DNA from: an uncultured Acidobacteriota bacterium
GTDB lineage: Bacteria; Acidobacteriota; UBA6911; RPQK01; JAPXNP01
Reading direction: 5' to 3'
Assembly: GCA_963723965.1 (NCBI GenBank)
Contig: CAVRSV010000020.1
Coordinates: 10,286-74,285, forward strand
DNA length: 64,000 nucleotides
Below, in pieces: positions 38,762-48,410 of the stretch (the first letter of the stretch is position 1; every line of letters begins with the position of its first letter). The translations under genes and the position numbers were made by a program. Under the pieces are notes generated by a model, which did no database searches, was not told where the DNA came from, and saw nothing but the letters and a program-made list of their open reading frames with translations.

Positions 38762-39076
38762 ACGCACCCGCCGGCGTGGGTCATCTCGATCAAATGGCCT
38801 TGAAAACCCTGCAGATTTCATTTGGCCCAGTTCGCGCTATGCAGTTCGCTGCCGAGCGTCAGAGAGACCAGGCAAACGAACAAAACGGAGTGAAGTCTCA
38901 CAGGAGAAGTCAATCACTCGGCAGTGTTCCCTGTCCAGACGGAGCGTGGAGAATCAGACTGAGGTGTCCGACAGAAGGCCGGCAACCCTTCGCTCCCGGT
39001 CGAAATCGAAGCGCTGGCCGGTGTTCAGTTCAGTTCCTCCCAGGTTGTCGCCCGGCTCCTGCGCAACCTGGTCCAG

Positions 39077-39394
39077 ATGGATCAGGAGACCTTCATCGCC
39101 GTTCATCTCAGCGGCGGCTTGAAGATCTCCGCGCTGACCGTTGTCAGCATCGGCACGATCAGCAGCTCACTCGTGCATCCTCGAGAAGTCTTCCGATCCG
39201 CCATCCTCGCCGGCGCGACCGGCATCATCGGGGTTCACAACCATCCCACCGGCGATCCCTCACCAAGCCGCGAAGATCGCGCGATCACCACCCAGTTCCT
39301 TGAAGCCGGAAAGATCATCGGCATTCGCATTCTCGATCACATCATCATCGGCAGAAACGGTCACTTCAGCTTTGCCGACGAGGGTTTGCTTTAG
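39077..39394 (+). CDS. radC: RadC-like JAB/MPN domain protein
   Basis: SLVHPREVFRSAILAGATGIIGVHNHPTGDPSPSREDRAITTQFLEAGKIIGIRILDHIIIG carries the JAMM motif HNHPSGD-type. The frame is open upstream (NPSLPVEIEALAGVQFSSSQVVARLL...) without a start codon, so the 5-prime end is uncertain or truncated. Confidence 0.8.
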   Translation: MDQETFIAVHLSGGLKISALTVVSIGTISSSLVHPREVFRSAILAGATGIIGVHNHPTGDPSPSREDRAITTQFLEAGKIIGIRILDHIIIGRNGHFSFADEGLL

Positions 39395-39537
39395 AATAGC
39401 TGCAACATTCGGGCATGCGCCGTCGTGCCCGTTCCATCGTCGACATCGAATTGGAGTGCCCACGGGTTGGGACCGACGGTGCGGAAGCTCACCACCCGCT
39501 GTTCCTTTTCCAGGAGTCGGTGCGCACCTTAGACAAC

Positions 39538-40088
39538 CTAAAAAGGTAGGAGCCCCTTTGCTCGGTCTTGCCACAGCAGCTGCAGGGTGACGTGCTTGTG
39601 ACGGCGCAGTCCTTGGTGGATCGAAGCAAAGTCGGGTAACGGCCTCGACGTTTCCACCGGCGGCTCCTCGGGCGGAAACAGTCGGTGCTTGAGAGCTTCA
39701 TCGTCCAGGTCCGAGGGCAGCGGCCAACTCAAGCAGGCCTCTCGGGCCCGTCTCAGGTAGTTGCCCACGGCGCTGTGTGAGATGCGGCAACTGCGGGCGA
39801 TCTGCCGATTCTCCAATCCCAGTTCGAACTTCAGTCTGAGGACTTCACGGATTCGTCGCATGGATAACCTCCGGGCCGGCATCGGCACCTCCTTTCCTTA
39901 AGGAGGTCCACCTTACCGGCGATTATCCAGCGCCGCTTCGACTCCGATTCCGCGACCGTGTCCACCGTTCCGGGGAACGTGTCCACCGTTCCGCTGCCCA
40001 CCCCGAACGTGGACACCTTCACGCCGGAATCACTGGACAACTTCCCCCGGAATCCCTGGACACGTTCGATCGGAACGGGTGGTCACCT
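39538..40088 (-). mobile_element. IS21-family element 5-prime stub (IstA N-terminal 116 codons plus terminal repeat region)
   Basis: ORF 39538..39888 encodes MRRIREVLRLKFELGLENRQIARSCRISHSAVGNYLRRAREACLSWPLPSDLDDEALKHRLFPP...HKHVTLQLLWQ, the IstA HTH region. Similarity ends after LLWQ. 39901-40088 holds about six reiterations of a TGTCCAC/GTGGACA-core 20-mer in both orientations, as at IS21 ends. Confidence 0.7.
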
Positions 40089-40208
40089 TGCGGCGCACGA
40101 CGCATTCTGAACCGGGGCGCGATCGGTCTGTGCAGTTGCCCGGCGATCCTGAAGCGCTTAAGATGCGGTCTCAAGACCCGGCTAGACTCCACCGAAAGGA
40201 GGACTCCC

Positions 40209-40595
40209 TTGGGCATTAAAGAACTCCCCAAGGGGTCTTGGGAGGTCAGTATCTAATTGCCTGGAAATCGTCGGGACCGAAATCGAAGATGGAGACGCCG
40301 TTATCCGACCGAGGACATGGCGAAAGCCACCGACCTCCAACTGAAGGTCGCCAAGCTCGAAGGGCGCGTCAAGCAGGTGCTGTCGGACCTGAACCGGAGT
40401 CAGGCCTCGGCCTCGCTCATCAAGGACCTGGCCGACCTGTACCTCGAACAGTATGTCAAGGTGCAGAATCGCCATCCGAAGAGCACGGAAAACCGCGTCA
40501 ACCTGGTCGTCCACGAGCTCGGCCATATCCCGGTGTCGGAACTCACCGTCTTCGACGTGACGTCGTACATGTCAAGAAAGAAGAAGAGGGGGCCG
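40209..40595 (+). pseudogene. tyrosine recombinase (phage-type integrase) remnant 2
   Basis: AAGGAGG precedes a TTG at 40209 giving (M)GIKELPKGSWEVSI. An in-frame TAA follows at 40254. The frame then reads LPGNRRDRNRRWRRRYPTEDMAKATDLQLK...DLADLYLEQYVKVQNRHPKSTENRVNLVVHELGHIPVSELT...SRKKKRG, the N-terminal arm and part of the SAM-like domain. It joins directly to the same junction sequence (ggggccgcatga...) that follows remnant 1. The catalytic domain is absent. Confidence 0.7.
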
Positions 40596-40676
40596 CATGA
40601 GCGGCCGCAGGACACAAACAGGAAAGAGGGTCATGGGACCGGAATCCGTAGGAGGGCTAAGCCATTGAAAACAAAA

Positions 40677-40753
40677 TGGCGCGCCCGGCCCGACTCGAAC
40701 GGGCGACCTGCGGATTCGAAGTCCGACGCTCTATCCAACTGAGCTACGGGCGC
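40677..40753 (-). tRNA. tRNA-Arg (anticodon UCG)
   Basis: The reverse complement is GCGCCCG-UA-GCUC..GAGC-G-UCGGA-CUUCGAA-UCCGC-AGGUC-GCCCG-UUCGAGU-CGGGC-CGGGCGC-G-CCA. There is one 27-43 mismatch in the anticodon stem. Confidence 0.88.
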
Positions 40754-40925
40754 GCGCGATGTCGATTCTAGAACATTGAGGCCGCGTCATCCAAATGGCT
40801 GCGGACATGATGTGGAATGCGGGAAGTTGAAGATTGGACTCTCCGGGAATAGGCTGGAGGAAAGTCACGTTCCTCCAGAGGACTCGCTCTATTCCTCTCT
40901 CAGAGCATAAAAGGAGAGCAAAGAC

Positions 40926-41231
40926 ATGCGTATGCTGCTTTTCGTAACGATGCCGCACGAGCCGTTCAACACGCTCGTGAGGACGGAACAGGTCGGCCCC
41001 ATCCTCCGGCACATTCTCGATGACCTGAAACCGGAAGTCGCCTATTTCACCGAGGAAGACGGTGCCCGGGGCCTGATGTTGGCGGTCGAGGTGGCCGATC
41101 CGTCCCGGGTGCCGGCGCTCGCCGAGCCGTTCTTCCTCAACTTCAATGCCGATTGTCGATTCCGGATCGCCATGACCCCGGCGGATCTCGAGAAGGCGGG
41201 CCTGGACGCTCTCGGGCAGAAGTGGGGGTAA
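40926..41231 (+). CDS. hypothetical small protein
   Basis: 101-aa ORF (MRMLLFVTMPHEPFNTLVRTEQ...) with plausible coding bias. No family recognised with confidence. Confidence 0.45.
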   Translation: MRMLLFVTMPHEPFNTLVRTEQVGPILRHILDDLKPEVAYFTEEDGARGLMLAVEVADPSRVPALAEPFFLNFNADCRFRIAMTPADLEKAGLDALGQKWG

Positions 41232-41268
41232 GAGTCTGGCCGGCTGATCCCGCGGGCGGAGGCGCTCT

Positions 41269-42111
41269 TCACACAGTCTCTTCGGTCCGCGAGGCGCTGG
41301 TCAGATTGATGACCTCGTCGGCGGCTTCCTCGATCTGGCGGTTGGTCATGTTGATGATCGGGAAGCCTTCCCGCCGATAGAGCCGTCGGGCCGTTTCCAC
41401 TTCCTCGACGATCAGCTCGGGGTTGGTGTAGGGCGACCGCCTCCCGACCCGAAGACCCTCCTGGCGTCGCTGGCGGTGGGAGAGGAGCTGCATGGGATCG
41501 ATGGTCAGCCCGACGATTCGGCCGTGGTCCGCCTGCAGGAGCTCCGAAGGCACCGGCAGCTCGTGGACGATGGGAACGTTGGCCACCTTCCATCCGAGAG
41601 TCGAAAGGTAGATGCTCAGGGGCGTCTTGCCCACCCGGGACGGTCCGACCAGGATGAGCTCGGCCTCACCGAGCTCGTCGATCTTCTTGCCGTCGTCGTG
41701 CAGCAGTGTGAACTCGATGGCTTCGACGCGCTGGAAGTAGTCTTCCCGCAACTGTCGATACATGCCGGGACGGCCCAGCGGCCGCTGCCCCAGTTCCGAG
41801 GTCAGGTGGCCGAGGAGTCGGCCGATGAGATCGATGGCCACCACGTTCCGTTCGCGGGCCCGATCGATCATGGCCCGGCGCAGCTTGGGATCGACCAGGG
41901 TGTGCAGAATGGTGCCCCGCTCGCGGCGCGCCGTCTCGACGGCCTCGAAGACCTGCTGCTGGGTGAGGACGTGGGGAATCACCCGAACCTCCACCGCTAC
42001 GCCCGCGATGAACTGGGCCAGGGCGGTCCTCGCCAGCTGCTCTCCGCTGGCACCGTAGCCACCGGAGACGATCAGGATCGGTCCCGGTCGAAACCTGGGT
42101 CGTCGGGGCAT
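41269..42111 (-). CDS. ppsR: pyruvate,phosphate dikinase / PEP synthase regulatory protein (DUF299 kinase-pyrophosphorylase)
   Basis: The P-loop is LILVGPSRVGKTPLSIYL. Overall similarity to the PpsR/PDRP family includes EAIEFTLLHDDG and INMTNRQIEE. Confidence 0.85.
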   Translation of the reverse strand: MPRRPRFRPGPILIVSGGYGASGEQLARTALAQFIAGVAVEVRVIPHVLTQQQVFEAVETARRERGTILHTLVDPKLRRAMIDRARERNVVAIDLIGRLLGHLTSELGQRPLGRPGMYRQLREDYFQRVEAIEFTLLHDDGKKIDELGEAELILVGPSRVGKTPLSIYLSTLGWKVANVPIVHELPVPSELLQADHGRIVGLTIDPMQLLSHRQRRQEGLRVGRRSPYTNPELIVEEVETARRLYRREGFPIINMTNRQIEEAADEVINLTSASRTEETV

Positions 42112-42114
42112 GGC

Positions 42115-43302
42115 TCAGATCAGTCCCACCTCCCGGCCCACCTCGGTGAAGGCCCGGATCGCCCGTTCGAGTTGTTCCCGCGTATGCGCCGCCGACAGCT
42201 GAACCCGGATCCGCGCCTCTCCCCTCGGGACGACGGGGTAGCTGAAGCCGACCACGAAAATGCCCCGCTGGTTGAGCCGGCGGGCCATCTCGACCGTCGG
42301 TGCCTCCTCCCCGATCATGATGGGCACGATGGGATGGATGCCCGGCTGAATCCGAAAGCCGGCCCCGGTCATCTCCTGGCGGAAGAAGCGGGTGTTCTCC
42401 TGCAGTCTCTCGATCAGGTCCCGGCTCTGCTCGATCAGCTCCAGTGCCTTGATGGAAGCGGCCACGACCGGAGGGGCCACGGAATTGGAGAAAAGGTAGG
42501 GACGCGAGCGCTGCCGCAGCAGGTCGACGATCTCGCGCCGGCCGGTCGTGAAGCCTCCCGACGCGCCCCCCACGGCTTTCCCCAGCGTACTGGTGATGAC
42601 ATCGATCCGGCCCTGGACCCCGAAGTGTTCCGGCGTGCCCCGACCGGTGGCTCCGATGAAACCCGTCGCGTGAGACTCATCGATCATCACCATGGCCTCG
42701 TACCTCTCCGCCAGATCACAGATCTGCGGGAGAGGAGCCAGGTCGCCGTGCATGCTGAAGGCCCCGTCGGTGGCGATCAGCCTGATCCGCATATTCGAAG
42801 ATTCCCGCAGGCGCTCCTCGAGCTCCGCCATGTCGGCATGACGGTAGATCTTGCGTTGCGCCTTGCACAGCCGAACGCCGTCGATGATGCTGGCGTGATT
42901 GAGGGCGTCGCTGATGACCACGTCCTCGGGTCCGAGGAGGGTCTCGAAAAGGCCGCCGTTCGCGTCGAAACAGGAGGCGTAGAGGATGGCGCCGTCCGTC
43001 CCGAAGAAATTTGCGATCTTCTCTTCGAGCTCCTTGTGGATGTCCTGGGTGCCGCAGATGAAGCGGACCGAGGCCATCCCGTAGCCCCGGCGATCCAGGG
43101 CTTCTCGGGCGGCGGCGATCAGCTCGGGGTGATCGGCCAGGCCCAGGTAGTTGTTGGCGCATAGGTTCAGCGCCTCACCCTCCGGAGTGTCCACCCGGGC
43201 GCCCTGTGGAGAGAGGATCAGGCGCTCCTCTTTGTAGAGTCCCTTGGCCTGGATGTCGTCGAGTTCTGACTGGTAGATCGTTCTGACCTGGTCGGTGTAC
43301 AT
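42115..43302 (-). CDS. kbl: glycine C-acetyltransferase (2-amino-3-ketobutyrate CoA ligase)
   Basis: Start MYTDQVRTIYQSELDDIQAKGLYKEER at 43302. Motifs are NNYLGLADHP, ASVRFICGTQDIHKELE, DALNHASIIDG, DESHATGF and the PLP lysine in STLGKA. Confidence 0.9.
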   Translation of the reverse strand: MYTDQVRTIYQSELDDIQAKGLYKEERLILSPQGARVDTPEGEALNLCANNYLGLADHPELIAAAREALDRRGYGMASVRFICGTQDIHKELEEKIANFFGTDGAILYASCFDANGGLFETLLGPEDVVISDALNHASIIDGVRLCKAQRKIYRHADMAELEERLRESSNMRIRLIATDGAFSMHGDLAPLPQICDLAERYEAMVMIDESHATGFIGATGRGTPEHFGVQGRIDVITSTLGKAVGGASGGFTTGRREIVDLLRQRSRPYLFSNSVAPPVVAASIKALELIEQSRDLIERLQENTRFFRQEMTGAGFRIQPGIHPIVPIMIGEEAPTVEMARRLNQRGIFVVGFSYPVVPRGEARIRVQLSAAHTREQLERAIRAFTEVGREVGLI

Positions 43303-43323
43303 CGGTTCTTGGGCTCCTCGTGG

Positions 43324-43357
43324 AGTTCCGGGTTTCGAGTTCCGGGTTCCGCGATTC
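43324..43357. repeat. GTTCCG-type short repeat
   Basis: agttccgggtttcgagttccgggttccgcgattc lies immediately upstream of kbl. Confidence 0.7.
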
Positions 43358-43421
43358 TTCGATCGCCCGGACTGCAAACCCTTCTCTCAGCTTATCTTTC
43401 TTTCGGGTGAAAGAGTAGCGT

Positions 43422-43515
43422 TCGGCCGCCCCTCCGGGGCTCGAGAGGGCGTGGGCGGCGGACCCCACCCAGGACTCGAAGTCCTGGGCTAGGGTCGGGA
43501 TGTCCCTCCGGGACG
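43422..43515 (+). repeat. REP-like unit type 2, copy 1
   Basis: tcggccgcccctccgggg...cccaggactcgaagtcctggg...gtccctccgggacg has a perfect 8-bp-stem hairpin core at 43468-43488. The direct copy is at 43961..44054. Confidence 0.8.
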
Positions 43516-43750
43516 TCGACGAACCCCGGAGCCCCCGGAGCCGTGGAACGTCGGAACGTCGGCACTGCGCGGGCCGTTTCGGTGAGGGGGAGAGAGTTGT
43601 AGAAGACAAGCTGGAAGCATGCCCCACCCCGAAAGCCCGAAACCGCGGAACGTCGGAACTGCGAAACGGCGGCCTGGCGGAACCTCGTCCAGCGCCGGAG
43701 GCGCTTTGCGAAAGTAGCCCAGGAGTTCACTCCTGGGTTCCGGTTTCCCG

Positions 43751-43939
43751 ATGGGACCGCAGTTTCGATGGCAGGAAGGATTTGGGGGTTTTTCGGTCGG
43801 GGCGTCGGGCGTTCACAGAACCGTGGAATACATTCGAGGGCAGGAGCAACACCACAAGAGGCGAACCTTCGAGGCGGAGTTCATCGGCTTCCTGAAGAAG
43901 CACGGGATCGAATACGACGAGCGGTATGTATTCGATTGA
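43751..43939 (+). mobile_element. RAYT / IS200-like Y1 transposase C-terminal remnant
   Basis: FRWQEGFGGFSVGASGVHRTVEYIRGQEQHHKRRTFEAEFIGFLKKHGIEYDERYVFD* is the conserved C-terminal third of REP-associated tyrosine transposases. The N-terminal HUH part is absent. Confidence 0.75.
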
Positions 43940-43960
43940 GTCACCTGCGTTGGCACCCGA

Positions 43961-44054
43961 TCCGGCCGCCCCTCCGGGGCTTGGGGGTCGTAGACACGCC
44001 GGACCACCCAGGACTCGAAGTCCTGGGCTAAGCTCGAAACGTCCCTCCGGGACG
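43961..44054 (+). repeat. REP-like unit type 2, copy 2
   Basis: Same unit and orientation as 43422..43515. The hairpin core is at 44007-44027. Confidence 0.8.
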
Positions 44055-44440
44055 CCCCCCGAAACCGCGGAACCCGGAACTCGAAACGCGGAATCGGGCG
44101 CGTGTTGCCAAACGCTCGACGCGTTCCCACGCTCCCTCGCGAGACCCGTCCTCCCGTTCTCCGGGCCGAACGGCGAAGGCCCGACGCCGAAGGGCGGAGG
44201 GCGAAGCCCGAACCCCGAAACCCGGAACTGAAGGGCGTGTCGCCCAGATGGCGGTGGCTCTGGTCTGGCGCACCCGCTGGCACCAGAGAGGTTTCGCGAG
44301 TCTGATCTCACGCCAAGCCGCCAAGTACGCCACGCCGCAAGGGAACTCTTGTGGGCGGCGGCTTCCGTACTGGGTGTCGAATCGATTCTGCATATCGCGA
44401 CGGAGCGGACCGCGCAGAGCTCGAAACCCGCCGGAGCGAT

Positions 44441-44516
44441 CTCGGAACTCGACTCCCGTTTCGACCGTTTCCCGTTTCCCGACTCCCGTTTCCCGTTTCC
44501 CGCGTTCCGCGGAACC
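44441..44516. repeat. degenerate CCCGTTT/GGAAC short tandem repeats
   Basis: ctcggaactcgactcccgtttcgaccgtttcccgtttcccgactcccgtttcccgtttcccgcgttccgcggaac lies upstream of the MFP gene. Confidence 0.75.
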
Positions 44517-44588
44517 CCGGCGATGTTTGTCTTTCGGTGAACTTTCTGGCCGCGGGTTGCGTTTGTGTTCCGTGACAAGGGGAGATGA

Positions 44589-45854
44589 ATGAGCAGAAAG
44601 AACCGTTTCCGATTGAGCTTCTTCGGCGCGCTGGTGGCGATCGTCCTGGTGGCCGGTTACGTCATGTTCAGCAACGTCTTTCATTCCGAGGCCGCCATAC
44701 CCGACGACCGGCTGGCCGAGGTCAAGCGCGGGGACTTTGCCATGAGCGTGGTTGCGACGGGTGCCATCGAGCCGGTGGCGACGGTCGAAATCAAGTCCAA
44801 AGCCAGCGGCCTGATCAAGGAGATCTACGTCGACGACGGAGACACGGTGTCCCAGGGGCAGATCCTGGTGGAACTGGACAAGGAGATGCTCGAAGCCCAG
44901 CTGCGCGAGGCCCAGGCCAACAAGCAGGCGGCGGCGGCCCAGCTGGCCGAGGCCCACTCCGATCACTCCTCGGCCCAGAGCATGAAGAAGAAGCTCGAAA
45001 TGGATCTGCGGAACCTCGAGGACAAGGTGGCCTACCTTCAAAAGCAGGTGGCCCGCTACGAGGCCCTCTTCTCCGAGAAGCTCATTCCCCATTCCGATCT
45101 GGAGTCGCGCGAACGCGAGGTGCAGGACGCTCGGTTCCAGGCCGAATCCCTCAAGTCCGAACTGCTGATGCAGGATGCCAAGATCGACGCCGCTTCCAAA
45201 GCCGTGTCCAGGGTCGAGGCGCAGCTGGCCCAGGCCCAGGCGACGTTGGATCGAGCCGACGAGAATCTCCGTTATTCCACCATCCGCTCGCCTCTGAACG
45301 CGACGGTTCTGAAGCGGCACGTCGAAGTCGGAGACGCCGTCTCCTCGATCCTGCAGCTCGGCTCGCAGGCCACCCTGATCCTCACCCTGGGGGACATGCA
45401 GAGCGTCTACTTCGAGGGTCGCGTCGACGAGACGGATATCGGAAAGGTCTTCGACGGCCAGGAGGCCAGAGTCAAGGTGGATGCCTTCCGCGATCAGCCT
45501 TTCCCCGGAAAGGTCCTCCGCATCGCTCCCCTCGGCGAGGAGCGCGACAACGTGATCGGCTTCGAGGTGCGCGTGGCCATCACCGATCCCCAGAAGATCC
45601 TGCGGGCTCGCATGAGCGCCAACGCGGAGATCATCGTGGAACAGAAGAAGGACGTGCTCCTGATTCCGGAGAGCGCCGTCATCTATGACCAGTCCAGAAA
45701 GACCTTCGTGGATATCTACGATCCGGCTGTGGAGGGGCAGAGCAGACGAGTGCCGGTCGAGATCGGCATCAGCGACGGCACCACCACGGAGGTGATCGCC
45801 GGCGTGGAGGCGGGCAGCCAGGTCGTGCGGTCGGATGCGGGAGGACTCCTCTAG
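44589..45854 (+). CDS. efflux transporter periplasmic adaptor (HlyD/MacA-type membrane fusion protein)
   Basis: 421 aa with an N-terminal TM. The lipoyl-like segment is VEIKSKASGLIKEIYVDDGDTVSQGQILVELD, followed by a long coiled coil and beta-barrel C-terminal domains. Confidence 0.85.
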   Translation: MSRKNRFRLSFFGALVAIVLVAGYVMFSNVFHSEAAIPDDRLAEVKRGDFAMSVVATGAIEPVATVEIKSKASGLIKEIYVDDGDTVSQGQILVELDKEMLEAQLREAQANKQAAAAQLAEAHSDHSSAQSMKKKLEMDLRNLEDKVAYLQKQVARYEALFSEKLIPHSDLESREREVQDARFQAESLKSELLMQDAKIDAASKAVSRVEAQLAQAQATLDRADENLRYSTIRSPLNATVLKRHVEVGDAVSSILQLGSQATLILTLGDMQSVYFEGRVDETDIGKVFDGQEARVKVDAFRDQPFPGKVLRIAPLGEERDNVIGFEVRVAITDPQKILRARMSANAEIIVEQKKDVLLIPESAVIYDQSRKTFVDIYDPAVEGQSRRVPVEIGISDGTTTEVIAGVEAGSQVVRSDAGGLL

Positions 45855-45885
45855 AAGCGGAGTCGGCAAGCGAAGGAGCCCCATC

Positions 45886-47145
45886 ATGTTGCTGGCCATC
45901 CTCGGACAGATCTTTCACACCCTGCGGGCCAACAAGCTGCGCAGCTTCCTGACCATGTTCGGAATCGGCTGGGGCGTGCTCTCGATCATCCTGATGACCG
46001 CCTCCGGCGAGGGATTCAAGCGCGCCCAGCATGAGGGCCTTCGCCAGCTCGGCAAGGACATCATGATCATCTGGGGTGGACGGACGTCGCTGCAGGCGGA
46101 GGGCTTCCAGGCGGGCCGCGACATCCGGCTGGAGTACGCCGACTACGTGGCGATTCGCGACAGGGCCCGGCTCATCAAGTCGGTGAGCCCGGAGCTGATC
46201 CGCTCGGGGCTGGTCGCGAAGACCGATCTCAACTACGGCAACTTCGACGTGCGTGGGGTGATTCCCGAGTACCAGACCCTGAGGACCATCGAGGCGGGCC
46301 GCGGGCGGCTGATGAATCGGGCCGACAACGAGCAGGCGCGCCTGGTCTGCGTGATCGGCGACGAGGTGAACAAGCAGTTGTTCAACGGGGCGAATTCGGT
46401 GGGCCGGACCATCAGTCTCCAGGGCCAGCCCTTCACGGTGATCGGGATCATGCCCCACAAGGAGCTGAATAACAACTACTCGGGACAGGACCACAGCGAC
46501 ATCTTCATCCCCTACTGGACCCTGCGGAGGCTGTTTTCGAACCCCGGTCTGGGAACTTCCCCGGAACGAATCAACAATCTGATTGCGGCGCCCATCCGTC
46601 ATGAGCTGTTCCAGGAGGCGGAGCGCGAAGTCCGGCAGATTCTCGCCGAACGCTGGCAGTTCGATCCGGGGGACGAGGACGCGGTCGCCATCTGGAACAC
46701 GGCCAAACAGGTCGAGATGATGGACATCATGATGGGCTCGATGCAGTGGTTCCTGGGCGCCGTCGGGCTGGTGACGCTCGGCCTGGGCGCCCTCGGGGTG
46801 GTCAACATCATGCTCGTCTCGGTGCGTGAACGAACCATGGAGATCGGCATCCGCAAGTCCATCGGCGCCCGTCGACGGGACATCCTGTTGCAGTTCTTCG
46901 CCGAGTCGCTGGCCATTACGCTGGCGGCCGGGGGAACGGGCCTGCTGCTGGCCTGGGGGGTCTGCGCCGCCATCAACTCGCTGCCCCTGCCCGAGATGGT
47001 CTTCAGCGGGATGATCATCTCTCCCACGATCGCCCTGGTGACGATCGGCGGACTGGCGGTCTCGGGATTGCTGGCCGGCATCTACCCGGCCTGGATCGCC
47101 GCCGACATGAATCCCATCGAGGCCCTGCGCTTCGAAGTGAGCTGA
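45886..47145 (+). CDS. ABC transporter permease, MacB/FtsX-type (1)
   Basis: GAAGGAG ribosome-binding site and ATG at 45886. It has the MacB_PCD-like periplasmic domain and the C-terminal FtsX motif ERTMEIGIRKSIGARRRDILLQF. There is no ATPase domain. Confidence 0.85.
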   Translation: MLLAILGQIFHTLRANKLRSFLTMFGIGWGVLSIILMTASGEGFKRAQHEGLRQLGKDIMIIWGGRTSLQAEGFQAGRDIRLEYADYVAIRDRARLIKSVSPELIRSGLVAKTDLNYGNFDVRGVIPEYQTLRTIEAGRGRLMNRADNEQARLVCVIGDEVNKQLFNGANSVGRTISLQGQPFTVIGIMPHKELNNNYSGQDHSDIFIPYWTLRRLFSNPGLGTSPERINNLIAAPIRHELFQEAEREVRQILAERWQFDPGDEDAVAIWNTAKQVEMMDIMMGSMQWFLGAVGLVTLGLGALGVVNIMLVSVRERTMEIGIRKSIGARRRDILLQFFAESLAITLAAGGTGLLLAWGVCAAINSLPLPEMVFSGMIISPTIALVTIGGLAVSGLLAGIYPAWIAADMNPIEALRFEVS

Positions 47146-47153
47146 GGAACCCC

Positions 47154-48407
47154 ATGACGATCGAAATCCTGAGACGGGCCTTCTCGAGTCTGGCGCGCAA
47201 CCATACGCGGACCTTCCTCACGCTGATGGGCATCACCTGGGGAGTGGCCTGTTTCGTGATCCTGTTCGCCTACGGGGACGGTTTTCAGAATGCCATCAAC
47301 CTCGGGCTGACCCACTACGGGAAGAGCGTCACCGTGATCTGGAACGGGCAGACGAGCCTGCAGGTGGGCGGCCAGCGGGCCGGGCGTGCGGTGCACATGG
47401 AGATGACCGACTACGAGGAGATCCGGGCCAACTGTCCGCTGGTCAGCCGGGTGAGTCCGGAGATCTTTCGTTACTACCCGGTGAAGTCGACGCTGCGGCT
47501 GACCTCGACGGGAATCCGCGGCGTCAATGCCGAGTATGGTGAGATGCGCGGACACTTCATCGAGCAGGGGCGGCTCCTGTCTCCGGAAGATGTGCATTAC
47601 GCCCGCAGGGTCGCGATTCTGGGTCACGATCTCAAACTCAAGTTGTTCTCCGAGGCTCCGGCCGTGGGGGAGGAAGTCCGGATCAACGGACTCGCATTCA
47701 CGGTCGTGGGCGTCATGCAGAAAAAAGTCGCCATGAGCAACTACTTCCAGCCGGACGACCGCTGTGCCTTCATCCCCTACACGGCCATGAATGCGCTGAC
47801 TTCCACCCGCTGGCTGAGCGTCCTGGTCGTCCAGTGTGTCAACCCGGCCCTCGAAGACCAGGCCCTGGCCCAGGTGACCGAAGTGATCGCGCGCAACCAC
47901 CACTTCGACCCGAAGGATCCCAAGGCGCTGATCATGAACCGCTGGAAGCAGATGGCCCAGATCTTTTCGGCCATCACCGTCGGAATGAAGGCACTGCTGG
48001 TCGTGATCGGAGTGCTGACGCTGAGTATCGGTGGCGTCGGCCTCATGAACGTGATGCTCGTGTCGGTCACGGAGCGGACGCGCGAGATCGGCCTGTTGAA
48101 GGCCCTGGGGGCGCGCCGCCGGCACATTCGCCTGCAGTTTCTGATGGAAGCCCTGGCCATCGCGGCGGTCGGAGGCATCAGCGGCTACCTGCTCGCGGAA
48201 CTGGCAGCCTGGATCATCGGGGTGATTCCCTTCTGGAGCACGATCCTGGAGGATCCGACCCGTCAGGCGGATATCCACCTCAATTTCTCCCCCACCGCCG
48301 TCTTGACGGCGATCGTCACGCTCGGGATCGTGGGTATCGCCTCGGGCATGTTTCCGGCGATCCGCGCTTCGCGGCTGAATCCGGTCGAAGCCCTGCGACA
48401 CGAATGA
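47154..48407 (+). CDS. ABC transporter permease, MacB/FtsX-type (2)
   Basis: 417 aa, paralogous to the preceding gene. The FtsX motif is ERTREIGLLKALGARRRHIRLQF. Confidence 0.85.
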   Translation: MTIEILRRAFSSLARNHTRTFLTLMGITWGVACFVILFAYGDGFQNAINLGLTHYGKSVTVIWNGQTSLQVGGQRAGRAVHMEMTDYEEIRANCPLVSRVSPEIFRYYPVKSTLRLTSTGIRGVNAEYGEMRGHFIEQGRLLSPEDVHYARRVAILGHDLKLKLFSEAPAVGEEVRINGLAFTVVGVMQKKVAMSNYFQPDDRCAFIPYTAMNALTSTRWLSVLVVQCVNPALEDQALAQVTEVIARNHHFDPKDPKALIMNRWKQMAQIFSAITVGMKALLVVIGVLTLSIGGVGLMNVMLVSVTERTREIGLLKALGARRRHIRLQFLMEALAIAAVGGISGYLLAELAAWIIGVIPFWSTILEDPTRQADIHLNFSPTAVLTAIVTLGIVGIASGMFPAIRASRLNPVEALRHE

Positions 48408-48410
48408 TCG

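Noticed and set aside
41476-43164. 562-aa plus-strand ORF
   Set aside because: It runs antisense to the well-supported ppsR-like and kbl genes. The translation is Arg/Gly/Asp/Leu/Pro/Val-rich with no recognisable motif, so it is a GC-driven shadow ORF.
44028-45899. 623-aa minus-strand ORF
   Set aside because: It runs antisense to the membrane-fusion-protein gene and through REP-like repeats. The translation is low-complexity (runs of G, L, D, R) and no family is recognised.
47082-48401. 439-aa minus-strand ORF, with similar antisense ORFs at 6493..7794, 53400..54626 and 59353..60603
   Set aside because: Each lies opposite a gene with strong family signatures (FtsX permease, GH54, GH5, IlvC) and has a compositionally biased translation.
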